DNA of 57,206 nucleotides, counting the filler, from Dugesia japonica (lineage: Eukaryota), in NCBI GenBank assembly GCA_001938525.1. It is 5 parts of 5 records of this genome, joined end to end, with 100 filler letters (N's around TTAATTAATTAA, not from the genome) between each part and the next. Parts side by side here need not be neighbours in the genome. Positions count along the whole stretch, not along the records: positions 36,268 to 46,839 come from MQRL01647903.1; positions 46,940 to 57,206 come from MQRL01615263.1; 3 more parts are not named here. One strand, written 5' to 3'. Below the pieces are notes generated by a model. The model did no database searches. It saw only the letters and a list, made by a program, of their open reading frames with translations, and was not told the DNA's origin. Positions within the stretch are counted from its first letter, which is position 1, and each line of letters starts with the position of its first letter. Shown here piece by piece: positions 39,990 to 51,833 of this stretch. The position numbers were made by a program, and so were the translations under genes.

Positions 39990-42900
39990 TGTTCTTTATA
40001 TCAGGGAATTCTAAAATAGGAGCGTCTATCAGTGCTTGTTTCATTTCTCCGAAAATCTTCTCATATCCATCTGACCATATTAGTTTGGTGCTGTTTCTTC
40101 AACTTAATTATTCAACAGCTCTTGATTTCTTTGAATATTTCTTGATAAATATCCGATAATAATTGCATAATCCAAGGAAGCTTCTCATGCTCTTTACGCA
40201 TTTAAGTATTACAAAATTCTTGATAGTTTTGATTTTTATTGGATCTGTTTGAATTCCTTCTTTATCTATTATGTGAACAAGAAATTTCACTCTTTGGCGT
40301 AATAGGTGGCATTTTCCTGGATTCATTGGCAGCCCTGCTTTTTGAATCCGTTCTAATACCTGACCCAGAGTTTAATAATGTTCTTTTAGTCCTTCTGGGA
40401 ATATCACTATGCCATCCATATATATCATTGCTCCATCTAGACCGTCCAATACATTCGTCATTAGTTCTTTGAATGTTCCTGGGGCTGCTGCTATGCCAAT
40501 TGGCATTCTTATGAATGCTGTTTTATCTTGTGACTCTTTTCTAAAGGTACCTGGTAATACGCGTTTCCTAAGTCTATGGTACTTAAATATTTTTCTGCAT
40601 ACAAATTGTCTAACATTTCTTCTACGTTTAGCATCAGGAAGGCCTGTCGTCCCGTAACTGTATTTAGTATCTTGAAGTCCAAGCAAAGTCTCACATCATT
40701 TCTTTCTTTCTTCCAGAAGCATATCAGTGGTGTGTTCCACTGCGAATTACATTTTTTTATAATATTAGCGTCTGCAAAATTTTTTATGGCCATATCTATT
40801 TTTTCTTCTAGATTTATGAGTTGTCTCCAAGGTTTCGTATTTATTAAATTATCCTTTGTCACTATCTTGTGTTCCGCGCGTGTCGTGATCCAACATCCTA
40901 GTTATATGTCATGAATAGTCCTCGATGTTGTATTATTACCTTTTCCAGTTTTTCGTCACGTTTTGTCATCAAAATTCTCAAATCTCTCTGTTCTCTTTCA
41001 GCATCGTCAATTTACGGCCAAATCTTGTATCTATGTTGCAGATCCACTGATTATACTAATAATCCTTTGTTTCTTTCATTAAACGGTAACCAAACTGGCG
41101 TTGCATTTCTATTCCTCCAATAAGATTCGGACTCATTTCTTCCACTACGGTAAATTGTACTGTTTTCTTATTGTTTCCTATCTCCACTTCTACACATATC
41201 TTTCCCACAATGTTTATTATTTGCACATTTTAACACGTCATCAGTTTCTATCAGCTCCACATTTGCCAGACTCCTAAAGATATTGAGGCTCATCACGTTT
41301 ATTTTTGCACCTGTATACAAATGGCAGTTCATATATCTTCCTTGAATTCTAATTACCACACTGAACTTACCTTGCATTATGTCATAATTTATTTGTACTT
41401 GTTCATTCTCTTCTAATACCATTAGTTTGTTATCACCATTTCTCGTTTCTTTCATTATATTGATGTCTGTATTATACATTGTAAGTGTGTTAAAAAAGCA
41501 AGTTAAATTTTTTGTGTAATTGGTGATNATATTTTTAAAATCTTTTGTTTAAAAGAAAGATTTTAAGTTTTGATGAAGAATTTAAATAACAAAAATTTAT
41601 TTTAAATGATAAATTAAAACTTTTCAGTAAACAGAAATTTATTTTTATTTTAAATAAATAAATAAAATTGTTTGAAATAAATTAAATTAAAATTATGTTA
41701 AATAAATTAAGTTTCAATTTAAAAAATTCAAAAATGGTGATTGGATAAAAAAATAAAATCTTAAATAAATAAATAAAATGTTTGAAATAAATTAAATTCA
41801 TTTTAAATAAATTAAATCCAATTTAAAGAAATTCAAAAATGATGATTGGATAATAAAGTTAAATTTTTAGTAAATAAAATTTTCAAGGTGAAAGAAATTT
41901 CCTTAAATTTTAAATAAATAAATAAAATGTTTGAAATAAATTAAATTAAATTTAAAATAAATAAATTAAAGTTTTAGATTTTGAAAAATGATCACCAATG
42001 AAAACACGGGATTTTAATTTGTTTGTTTAACAAATATTGTTGGATATAGTTTTGATTTTCAATAAAGTGTTGTAATAAATTCGAATTTTGAAATTCCAAA
42101 CTCAACTAACATACATATCTTTGAAATCTTTCTATAAAAACGCATAAACCTTTCTGTCTACTCTTTCCTCTTTAGTTTCATCTTTTATACTATTAATAAA
42201 ACTACTTTTACTATACATATGTATTTCGCGATCTGGATTGTTTTTCAGTTCATGGCTCCAATCATCTCGACTTTGGATGGAGCTTGTCTGTTTGGGATCT
42301 CTTCTATATAGCTGTTTATCTCCTCGTCGTAACAATAAATATTATCTCCTCTCTTTATATATTCCTCATCCTCTTCTACCATTGCGTTTACATATTTATT
42401 GCCGTCTCTTTTCGTGAATCCATTATTAACTGATGTCTTCCAACTTGGTTTTGAGAATCTGTTATTATCGCCATATCTTCTGTTAGATTCCTCTCTTCGG
42501 TTTTATTGTGCTGCTTTGTTTCTTTGTTCGTCATTCTGCTGTCTTTTATCATAAATCCACACACCTTTTTTCTCCAAATTAGTATAGCATTGTTCTGTAT
42601 TTTTTTCTGTATTACATTTTTTCCACATCTTGAACATCTAATTTTGTCACAATTTCTTCTTATATGATTCTCTGATTCGCATGCATAACATTATGTTCTT
42701 TTCCGGATAATTTCTGCTGATAAGACCTATCTTCTGACATGACATACATGTAATTTCTTTTTTAGCTTCACTTTGAGTTTATTTGCAATATCTCATTTTA
42801 CTGCATTATTGTAAATCTCCACTGTATTTATATTATCTGTTTCTTGCAGGTCCTCCTTTAGTTCAATATTTGCTTTTATTTTTTCAAATATCTCTTCCAA

Positions 42901-43901
42901 ATTACCTAGTTTGACTCTTTTAATCTTTATTTGTTACCTTTAATCGCGGCAACTATTGAATATTAATTCTTTTGTCATATCTTCTTTGTCTAGTTTATGT
43001 GCAAATATTTTATCGACCCGTGTTAAAATCTTTTTCTTGTACACATAAACGTGTACATCCGTTCTCTTGTATTTTAAAGCTTCCTCCAAGCCCGGTATTA
43101 GAGTAGTCTTTTTGTGAAACGCTTTTCTCAGTCGGTCCTCAAAATCTAATAATTCATCCTGGCATTCGTATGCTTCTATTAATTCTCGATCAATTAAGCA
43201 ATCACCACCAAGAGGTTTTTATCATTTTTTTACACCAATACTTTCGAATTATTTGGTGCAACCATTTATAAACTGTTCAATATCGTCACCATGTCGGTAA
43301 ATTCCTGGGTGTAGTACTTCTCGAATGAGGTCCATTGAAGCGTTTGTCACCACGTTAATTACAGAAAAAATTTCTGAAAAATCCAGTAAATTCAATAAAT
43401 CTTTTATTTATAACACAAAATTTCAAAGTGGCGGATAGAAGTCGCAAATGTGCGGGCAGATCTAGAAACCGCCCAGTTACAACTAGTGATCAAAGACACC
43501 AACTACTTGCTAAGCAATTATCAGAGAAAATGCGACCAGGAGATAGCCGGGAAGGAGACCTCGGTGATACCTGATTCTTCTACAGAAAGTTCCTTGAAAA
43601 TCACCAATGTGCTAACATTGGTGGAATCGGCAAATGAAGAGATGGAGGTGGAGGAATCGCTTAAAATCCGATAATTGTTGGAATTGAGAGAGATCGATCC
43701 AATAAGATTTGATGAATAAAATATATGTGTATAAGAAAGAGAGAAATTGTTTTGTTATTGGATGTCGGTAATGTGATATGGATGTCACCAGTTTATAAGA
43801 TTTGATTTATGGTTATAGTAAAGATCCTTAGAGGCGGCGTGTATTAATGATTTATTAAATAGGATATTAAGACTGTAAAATTTCTCTTATTTAAAATAAC
43901 A
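39990..43901 (-). mobile_element. 3'-truncated degenerate Ty3/gypsy (5' LTR ~43901-43353, gag from ATG 43335, PR, RT, start of RNase H)
   Basis: TGTTAT start; PBS-like TGGTGAC; CHLYTGA, IDLGNAYYQ, AAAPGTF, IYMDG, RSFLGLCNYY. Same lineage as the 14765 element. Confidence 0.85.
41480..42111. mobile_element. 632-bp solo LTR nested in the gypsy gag-pol junction
   Basis: TGTAAG...CTAACA ends; perfect 5-bp TSD TACAT; internal AT-rich tandem repeats. Confidence 0.75.
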
Positions 43902-43958
43902 TAGATTATTTTTAATTGTGGCTAATGTTTTAAAACTTTATTATTGAATTCATTTCAG

Positions 43959-44242
43959 TGTCTGTAGAAAGGAAAAGATGGGCCGAGGAACGACGTGAAT
44001 TGCGAAACGAGATATTGCGACTGAAGGGACAAATCATGAAGGCCACCGGAAAGTTTAATCAGATAAAATAAAAGGAGTTGTCCCTTCAGCACGCAAATCG
44101 CCTCATGGCTAAAGTGATCAAAACCTATGCCGATCGGGAGAGTTCGATGTTCCTGTCATTACGAACCCTATGGCTGAATTATCGAGAATCTCCGCCATCA
44201 ACAGAAGTCATGGATCCAACCGTGGATTTAGACGCCGATTGA
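43959..44242 (+). pseudogene. Phase-1 cassette exon, homolog of the 9671-10029 coiled-coil protein, with one premature TAA
   Basis: CATTTCAG|TG acceptor; RKRWAEERRELRNEILRLKGQ...MAKVIKTYADRESSMFLSLRTL; AATAAA at 44263. Confidence 0.55.
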
Positions 44243-44385
44243 GAGAGACTTAATGGTATATAAATAAATGTAACTAATTGTGGATGCAGTATTCTTATTT
44301 TGTTTTGTCACTAAATGTTATTTGGTAAAGAAAAAAAATTATAATAATAAGACATTTTTATACTGAGCATAAAGAGATTTATTGC

Positions 44386-44599
44386 TGTTGGGTTCATTAA
44401 TTCAGTAAATAAGACGCGATACCGCAAAGTCGCGCTGAACCCGTGGAAAGAGAGGGGTACGTCACAGAGGTGACGCAAACGCTTGTGGTTTTTAGGTTGC
44501 CCCTAGATTATGTGACAATTTCTTAAAAGCGAGTGTGATATCAGTCGGAGATGGTTTAAAGTAAGAGAATTTAAATATAAAACTCCTAAAAACCCAACA
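44386..44599 (+). repeat. GC-richer self-complementary terminal segment ending in the family 3' motif CCTAAAAACCCAACA
   Basis: TGTTGGGTT...AACCCAACA; internal complementary pairs GGGTTCA/TGAACCC, CGTCAC/GTGACG and GGTTTTTAGG/CCTAAAAACC. Confidence 0.5.
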
Positions 44600-46589
44600 A
44601 TACTTAATTTATTTAAATTTTAGACTTTATTTAAACTTCTTTGCAATAATTTAAAAGAATTAATAAAATAAAAATAAAACGTTTATGAAAGGTTTCTAAT
44701 TTTTTTTGACTGTTAAAAATTAAAATATATTACAATAGGTTATTCAATTATTTAAATTTTAAGAGCAAACGTAGCCTGTAATATGTACTGTAGCTATATA
44801 TTAGTTTTTATATTTATTTCACTTTAATATATTCTTAAATTGAATTTTTTCATAATTTTATTGGGTTGCTAATTTTTTTGATCACACTATATATATAATT
44901 CGGTAAATGATGGCGAATTCAAAACATAATATAGTATGGAAAACATCATGAACATACTACATACTTAAACTTTACTTATCAGAGAAAGTAAACCTAAAAT
45001 CATTGTAATTTATTATAAGCAAAATAAATGAACTAATTGAAAATCAATATTGTAAAATAAATTACAAATTTATTCCTATTACCGTATTAAATTGTAAAAA
45101 TCAAAAAAAAATCTCTGAACACAATTGTCAAATATTTGGATTACTAACAAAACAAAAAACCACTTTTTGTTTATCTTTTCCTCAAAAATTTCCTCAAAAA
45201 TTTCCTCAATAATTAAGTGTTATTTAGTTTCATTAATTCGTTTTATAAAATCAAATTTATATTTGTTGTCTTTGTTAATTAATATTTGTTTAAATCTTCA
45301 ACTCTTCTAAATTCAATTCATTTGATAGCAACAACTTTGAAACAGTAGCATCACAATTGCCAAACACGAATAAACTAGTCTGTGTTTTGAGCATGTGAAA
45401 CAATAACAGCTGATTAAAATGTGTACTTGAAAAGAAATAACCCAACTTTATAAATATAAACGTTCAGGACACAAATAAAACTACGTAATTTAAAATTGGT
45501 AGCTCATAGATTCAACAAAAGTGTTATTTGTAGACAAATTAGTTATTGTATGATGAAAAAAAAACAATTTGCATTTTTACTTAATTTTATTAATTTAATT
45601 TATAAATTTACCAAACATGGCACACATCCATTTTCTTTATTTTTTGCTTTATCTAAACCAAAACATTTGTTTTAATGAATCTAAAATATATTGGAACATC
45701 AACAAATTAATTATAAAAAATGTTATTTTTTATAAAATTATAAACTGAATTACAATATTATTTTTTATGTTAAAAATATTTTATTTTATGTCTATTTTAA
45801 TTTTACAGAAATTTTTAAAATATTTGTGAAATAATTCACTTCACAGTGAAACTCGATCACTTTGTTTGCAATTTATATTTTTATTTTACTCGACAATGAT
45901 CATAAAACCACTTTATCAATAATAATATAAAGTAATGGCAAATTTAATAATATCTGCAAAACCTAGAATGCAATTTGAATGGAATCAAGATATTTAACTT
46001 AAGAAAAATTGTAAAATTCTGTTTTTTTATGAAAAAACTTTATTCGTTCAAAGAATTACATTTAAATATTTAATTTCTTCACAATAAAATCTAGAAGAAA
46101 ATTTAATTGAGTTTTGAATATCAATTTGAATATGTTTTTTGTTAATTCTCTTCAGAATTATTCTTTTGGAAAAGTAATTTATTTATTAAAAAATGAATTT
46201 GAATTCAGTTTTTTAATTATGAAAGAACATTTTTATGTTGCAAATTTATACCAGGTGATAAATATTTCATTTTTTGTTTTAATGTGTGCGTGTGTGTATT
46301 TTAAAAGCGTAGATTATTAATAATAATGCCATGTTTATTAAAATGATTATTTTAATAAAATATGTACCGNAACAGCACCAAATTTTCTTGCATCCTTTTT
46401 CATCGCAGAACCATCTAAAATAATTTAACAATTATCTTTATATAATTTTAAAGGGTTTTAAGTTTTAATAATATTTTGCAAGATTGATTAAATTTGGTTG
46501 ATTAAATAAATTGAAAAATAAAACTCAAATATATTAAGTTGTCCAACATGGCATATCGCATTTGAAAAGAAAAAAATGATATGGTTTTT

Positions 46590-46800
46590 AAAGGTTAAAT
46601 ACTTATTAATATATGAGCCATGTTTATGGATCACCTGCGCCAAACGTTTCCCTAAGGTATTTCTTGCAACTTCAACAAATTTCTTATCTTTAATACGGAT
46701 AAATGGTTTGAATACTTCAATTACCACTTCTTTATTAGTAGTGGGATACGTCAGCACTGGCACGATGACTTGTTTTATATATTTCTCAACCAAAACCTAT
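46590..46800 (-). mobile_element. Tc1/mariner-like transposase C-terminal scrap
   Basis: KRLAQVIHKHGSYI resembles the R.eaVI...GgyI terminal motif; no other motifs found. Confidence 0.35.
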
Positions 46801-46939
46801 CGTATGGTCATATAAATGATTGCATTCAATTCAGAATAANNNNNNNNNNNNNNNNNNNNNNNNNNNNNNNNNNNNNNNNNNNNTTAATTAATTAANNNNN
46901 NNNNNNNNNNNNNNNNNNNNNNNNNNNNNNNNNNNNNNN

Positions 46940-48960
46940 GATCTTTAATAACATTTTCATCGTTTAAATTATTATTCGTATTCAGAATAATTTTATCAAT
47001 TGTTTCGTATGTTCATCTTTCTACAATTGATTTAGAATATCCATTTTTATTTAACAAAGAACTCAAAGTTTGACTTTTTTCACGACTTCAAAAATGAAGA
47101 AGAGAGCGTCCAAGATCTATATATTAAACCTTTGATCATATTAAATTGATATCAAGATTCACAGAAACTACCAGGTGTTGTATATATACCAGTATCAGTT
47201 GGCTTTCGGATGATTTCTGTCTCATATTGGTCAGATTTTCGTTCTATTAATAAATCAAGAAAAGAAAGTTTACCATTACGTTCCATTTCAGTAGTGAACT
47301 TTATATTAGAGTGTAAAGAGTTCATATAATTTAGAAAAGATTCTATATTAGATTGATTACTAAACCACAAGAAAATATCATCCACATAACGCTTATATAC
47401 CAATGGCTTAATTCCCGGAAACAACTCAATTTTTTTTCAATATTCGAAAGAAATAATAAAGCAAGAGTATGCGCAAGAGGAGAACTCATAGCAGCTTCAT
47501 CAATTTGCTTATACCATTGATCATTAAATAAAAACGAAATATTAGAAGTAGCAAAGGTCAACAGCTTCCTAAAACCTGTGACATTTAACATACCATGTTC
47601 CGCCAAATTACTTCCCCACAATTCACAACACTGATTTATAATTTCATTTAACGGAACATTAGTAAATAAGTTCACAACATCAAAAGACATCCTGCATTCT
47701 GTTGCATTGTTAACATCAAGGTTAGAAATGAAACTACAAAATTCAAAACTATCTTTACATTCGTATTTAGAATAAATTAACAATTTAATTTTTTGATCTG
47801 AAAATTTAGCAACTTTATATTGAGCCGTGTTAATCATAGATAAAACAGGTCTTATTGGATAATTATTTTTATGAACCTTTGGAAGACCACATAACTTCGC
47901 TGGCTGAGAACCAACAGAGTTAAAAAGTTTATACCATTATACCACGTTTATACCACTCAACATTAAAATGTTTTTCACAAATTAATTGCTTAAGTAAAGA
48001 ATTTAAAAATTCTTCATCTTTTATAGGAGGTAATTTGCCATTTTTTCTGAATTTATCTATTTTACTAAATGAGGTCCTTTTAAAATGTCCTTGACTTTGT
48101 TTATATATTCAAAGTCATTTAGAATAACAAGGCCATTACTCTTATCAAATTTACAAATTTTAATAGGCTTATTTGAAAGATTTTTTAATATTATAAAATC
48201 ATGATTACTCTGTTTAACATTTTTATTTAATTATTCATTAGAATATTTTAATAAAGCATATTTTAAATTCCCGAAATCGCAATTATAATTCAAATAATAA
48301 TTAAAAAATGACTCAATTTTTGATTGGAATTGAAATTTATCAATTCGTTTTTTAATACTGAAATTGGGTCCAAATTTTAATAAGTTAATTTCCTCCTGAG
48401 ATAATGTAATATCACTTAAATTTAAAATAGAATTATCAAATTAATATCAAATTTAAATACGCCAAAATAATTTTCTTAAATTATTTATCTTTTTATTCTG
48501 TGCAGTAATTTTATCTTTAATTAATTTTTTGGAATTATNNNNNNNNNNNNNNNNNNNNNNNNNNNNNNNNNNNNNNNNNNNNNNNNNNNNNNNNNNNNNN
48601 NNNNNNNNNNNNNNNNNNNNNNNNNNNNNNNNNNNNNNNNNNNNNNNNNNNNNNNNNNNNNNNNNNNNNNNNNNNNNNNNNNNNNNNNNNNNNNNNNNNN
48701 NNNGTGTATCGATTTCGTAAAAATGAACTTAGGTATTATATTTTCATCGATAAATGTTTCGAGAAAACAAATATCCGCTTCTTTCTTTCTTAAAGTATGA
48801 AAAACTTTCATGTATTTCTTGAAAATTGGAACAACTGCAGTGATAGGTTTTGCAAGTATGAAGCTTTAATCAGATGTTCTTTTAGCTTTACCAAAATACG
48901 ATTCTCTTAAGTAAGCTTTACTACGAAAACGCCAAAATATAAAGTCAAGGTCAGGATTGA
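46940..48960 (-). mobile_element. Degenerate Penelope-like retroelement RT
   Basis: LLKLGPNF, DKSNGLVIL, GLPKVHK..PIRP, SFDVVNLFTNVP, YKRYVDDIF, IKFTTE..LSFLD, RKPTDTG. Confidence 0.9.
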
Positions 48961-49039
48961 CATATCTTCTTCCACCTCCAAAAGATACCAAAAAAAATTC
49001 AAAATGTAATTTTATATGCTGTTTATGATCGCATTATAA

Positions 49040-49770
49040 TGGCAGTAAAACGGATGATTCCATTGGCTTCACCAGATAGAATACTGCTAGATTTTGAGAG
49101 TGCTGCAAAAAGTGTCTTTAGAGCAGCTATTCCAATTGCAAATGTTATGGGCTGCTAGTTTCATCTTACGCAAACTGTAAAGCGGAAAGTAAATGAAATT
49201 GGCATGAAAGTCGATTATGAAAGCAAAGACTTTTTGAGAACAGCCGTTTGCTGCTTATTTGCTTTGGCTATGGTTCCTTCAGCAGATGTTATTAATGCTT
49301 ATTAGCTGAAAACATTCCAGAGCACGATAATATGCCTGAGCTTCTGTCCTATTTTGAACACACTTATATTCAAGGTATAAGGCGACCAGGATGTACTGAA
49401 TATTATGATCTAGCGCTTCTTCCAATAAAAAGCTGGAATCATTATGAAACTGCTTCTGAACGAATAGACAGAACAACGAGTTAAAAGATACAAGTTAATG
49501 AAACAGAGTAAAAAATATAGTTGATATTCGTCGAGTGAAATTTTAGTTTATTGAGATAGTCTTGCACAGATGTCATGTAATTAATAAATTTATATTGTGA
49601 CATGTTTTTATTTTATTTTATTGTATTCATTTTATTGAATTATACTATTAATAAATTAAATATATTAACATCGCCTGATTAAGTGTTTTTATCTTTAACT
49701 GTCGATGATAAAGTGTCGAGTGATTAACTGTCGAGTGATAAACTGTCAAGTGATTATATGTCCGTACATC
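49040..49770 (+). mobile_element. MULE/Mutator transposase 3' remnant with terminal repeat array
   Basis: DFESAA...GC*FHLTQTVKRKV...ALAMVP; YFEHTYI; ~15-bp tandem (GATAAACTGTCGAGT) subterminal repeats at ~49695-49765. Confidence 0.8.
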
Positions 49771-50187
49771 AATAAAACAAGCTACACCATTCTACTGTTA
49801 GATATCAAATAGTAAACAAGAAATTGTCGTAAAAATCTTTTTACCGCAACGTGAGCAAATGTGTAAAATTTAGCAAATACATATGTTTTAGAGCATATAA
49901 ATATTTTAGTTCCAATGAAAACTAATTTATTGTATTTTATTTTGTTTTTTTGTTGTAAATTTTTTAGAATAGATAAGGATTTACATTAATTATAGGACAA
50001 TCTATCTAATTCACCGGAAATATGACAAAGCGCAGCCTAACGGTCGCCATGTAAGATTCGCTCGCCGCCACTATTTATTTAAAATTTGATATTTTGCGTT
50101 TTCTTTTAGTTTATTGACATCTTTTGAAATAATGTAATATAAAATTTTATTTTTATTTGCTTAGGGATCCAATCAAAAAAAATGTCT

Positions 50188-50603
50188 AATAATTAATTTG
50201 AAAATATTATTAATTAATTTGAAGATATTATTAATTAATTAGAAAATATTAATTAATTTGATATTAATATATAATTTGAAAAGATTATTAATTAATTTGA
50301 AAATATTATTAATTAATTTGAAAATATTATTAATTAATTTAAAAATATTATTAATTAATTTGAAAATATTATTAATTAATTTGAAAATATTATTAATTAA
50401 TTTGAAAATATTATTNNNNNNNNNNNNNNNNNNNNNNNNNNNNNNNNNNNNNNNNNNNNNNNNNNNTTATTAATTAATATGAAAATATTATTAATTAATT
50501 TGAAAATATTATTAATTAATATGAAAATATTATTAATTAAAATGAAAATATTATTAATTAATATGAAAAAATTATTAATTAATTTGAAAATATTATTAAT
50601 TAA
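50188..50603. repeat. 21-bp minisatellite (AATTAATTTGAAAATATTATT)n just downstream of FLAD1
   Basis: More than 15 tandem units; explains the spurious ILLINLK ORF. Confidence 0.9.
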
Positions 50604-50679
50604 TCACAAAACCGATAACAATGTACAAAAAAATCAATTATTCAAAAAATAAGACTGAAAATTTAATAAATAAAAAGGA

Positions 50680-51786
50680 TTAACGGCCGATTCTTTCGAA
50701 TTTTTCTTCTTGTAACTTATAAGCAGGATGATATTTAGATTTTCCGTTTTCATCAATGTAAAGCAATTTAGGATTCGGAAGAGTGTTATCTATACCGCCG
50801 AGTGATGTGTACCTGAATGATTTGTATTAACTGAAATGATTAAAAGAAAAGTTCTAAAAAACCCTCTATCATAAAGAGAACAATAGGGTATCGATAAATC
50901 CAAAAGAAAATTCCAGATTTCATGATAATTCCAATCGATAATTGGATTGATCAACTCGAATTTCGGCCAGCCTTCTGTGGTTTTCGAAAATGACGTCTGA
51001 TCTATACTCAAACAAATCTTTTCCATAAAAAATAAATATTATCAATTAAAATATCAACTTCCATTTGGATCATTTTGTTTAGTTCCCATAAAAACGGCCT
51101 TTACTTCGGGATGTTCATTTTTTAGGGTTTGGAGGCTCGTGATCAATCTGCCATTGTAAGAAATTAAGTTCGATTTTGGTGGGATTATTTTGTAGTTAAT
51201 TAATGACATTTTAATAAATTCTTCAACTTCTTTAAAAGATGGCCGAGATCTGACAAAAAGGGCTCGTATCATTGCATTATTTGGATAATTTCTTTGAAAA
51301 TAAGCATATATAAGATGCAGTAAAACTGTACAATCTTTCCCTCCAGTAAAAGCCACTACCATTTCATTTAATCTAATACAATCCGATAATTTCCTTTATT
51401 GGTCAATTAAATAATTTTACTGAAATAATTTAAAAGCTTTATCAATAGTTTCAAGAGCACTTTGAACTTTTTTATGTGTGGTTAAACTGCATACTCGCTC
51501 GGCGGCTTTCTCAAATACAAATGGATCAAAGGTTGACATATTTTCTGAAAATGAAAATTTTCAACTGAAAACGAATCAAAGGTTTAANNNNNNNNNNNNN
51601 NNNNNNATGATTTGTTCAATTATCAAATCCAATCAAATAAAAACACAAATTTATTAAATGTTTAAAAATAAAATAAACATTTAAGGCGGTATTTACCTTT
51701 GCCAATAACATTTTTCAATCGGTCTGATGCAGCTTTAATGAATTCTCCATTTTTAGATTCCATTGTAATTTTTACTTTATAAAAGC

Positions 51787-51833
<47 letters not shown>

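Noticed and set aside
35272-44599. Single 9.3-kb element with an apparent 4-bp TSD ATAC
   Set aside because: A contig linker (36212) and host SID-1 exons lie between the two ends. A 4-bp match in AT-rich DNA is weak evidence.
11704-46895. Recurrent TTAATTAATTAA palindromes
   Set aside because: They are always embedded in equal N runs, so they are a scaffolding linker and not biology.
49695-49765. CRISPR-like short repeat array
   Set aside because: The units are contiguous with no spacers; they are MULE subterminal repeats in a eukaryotic genome.
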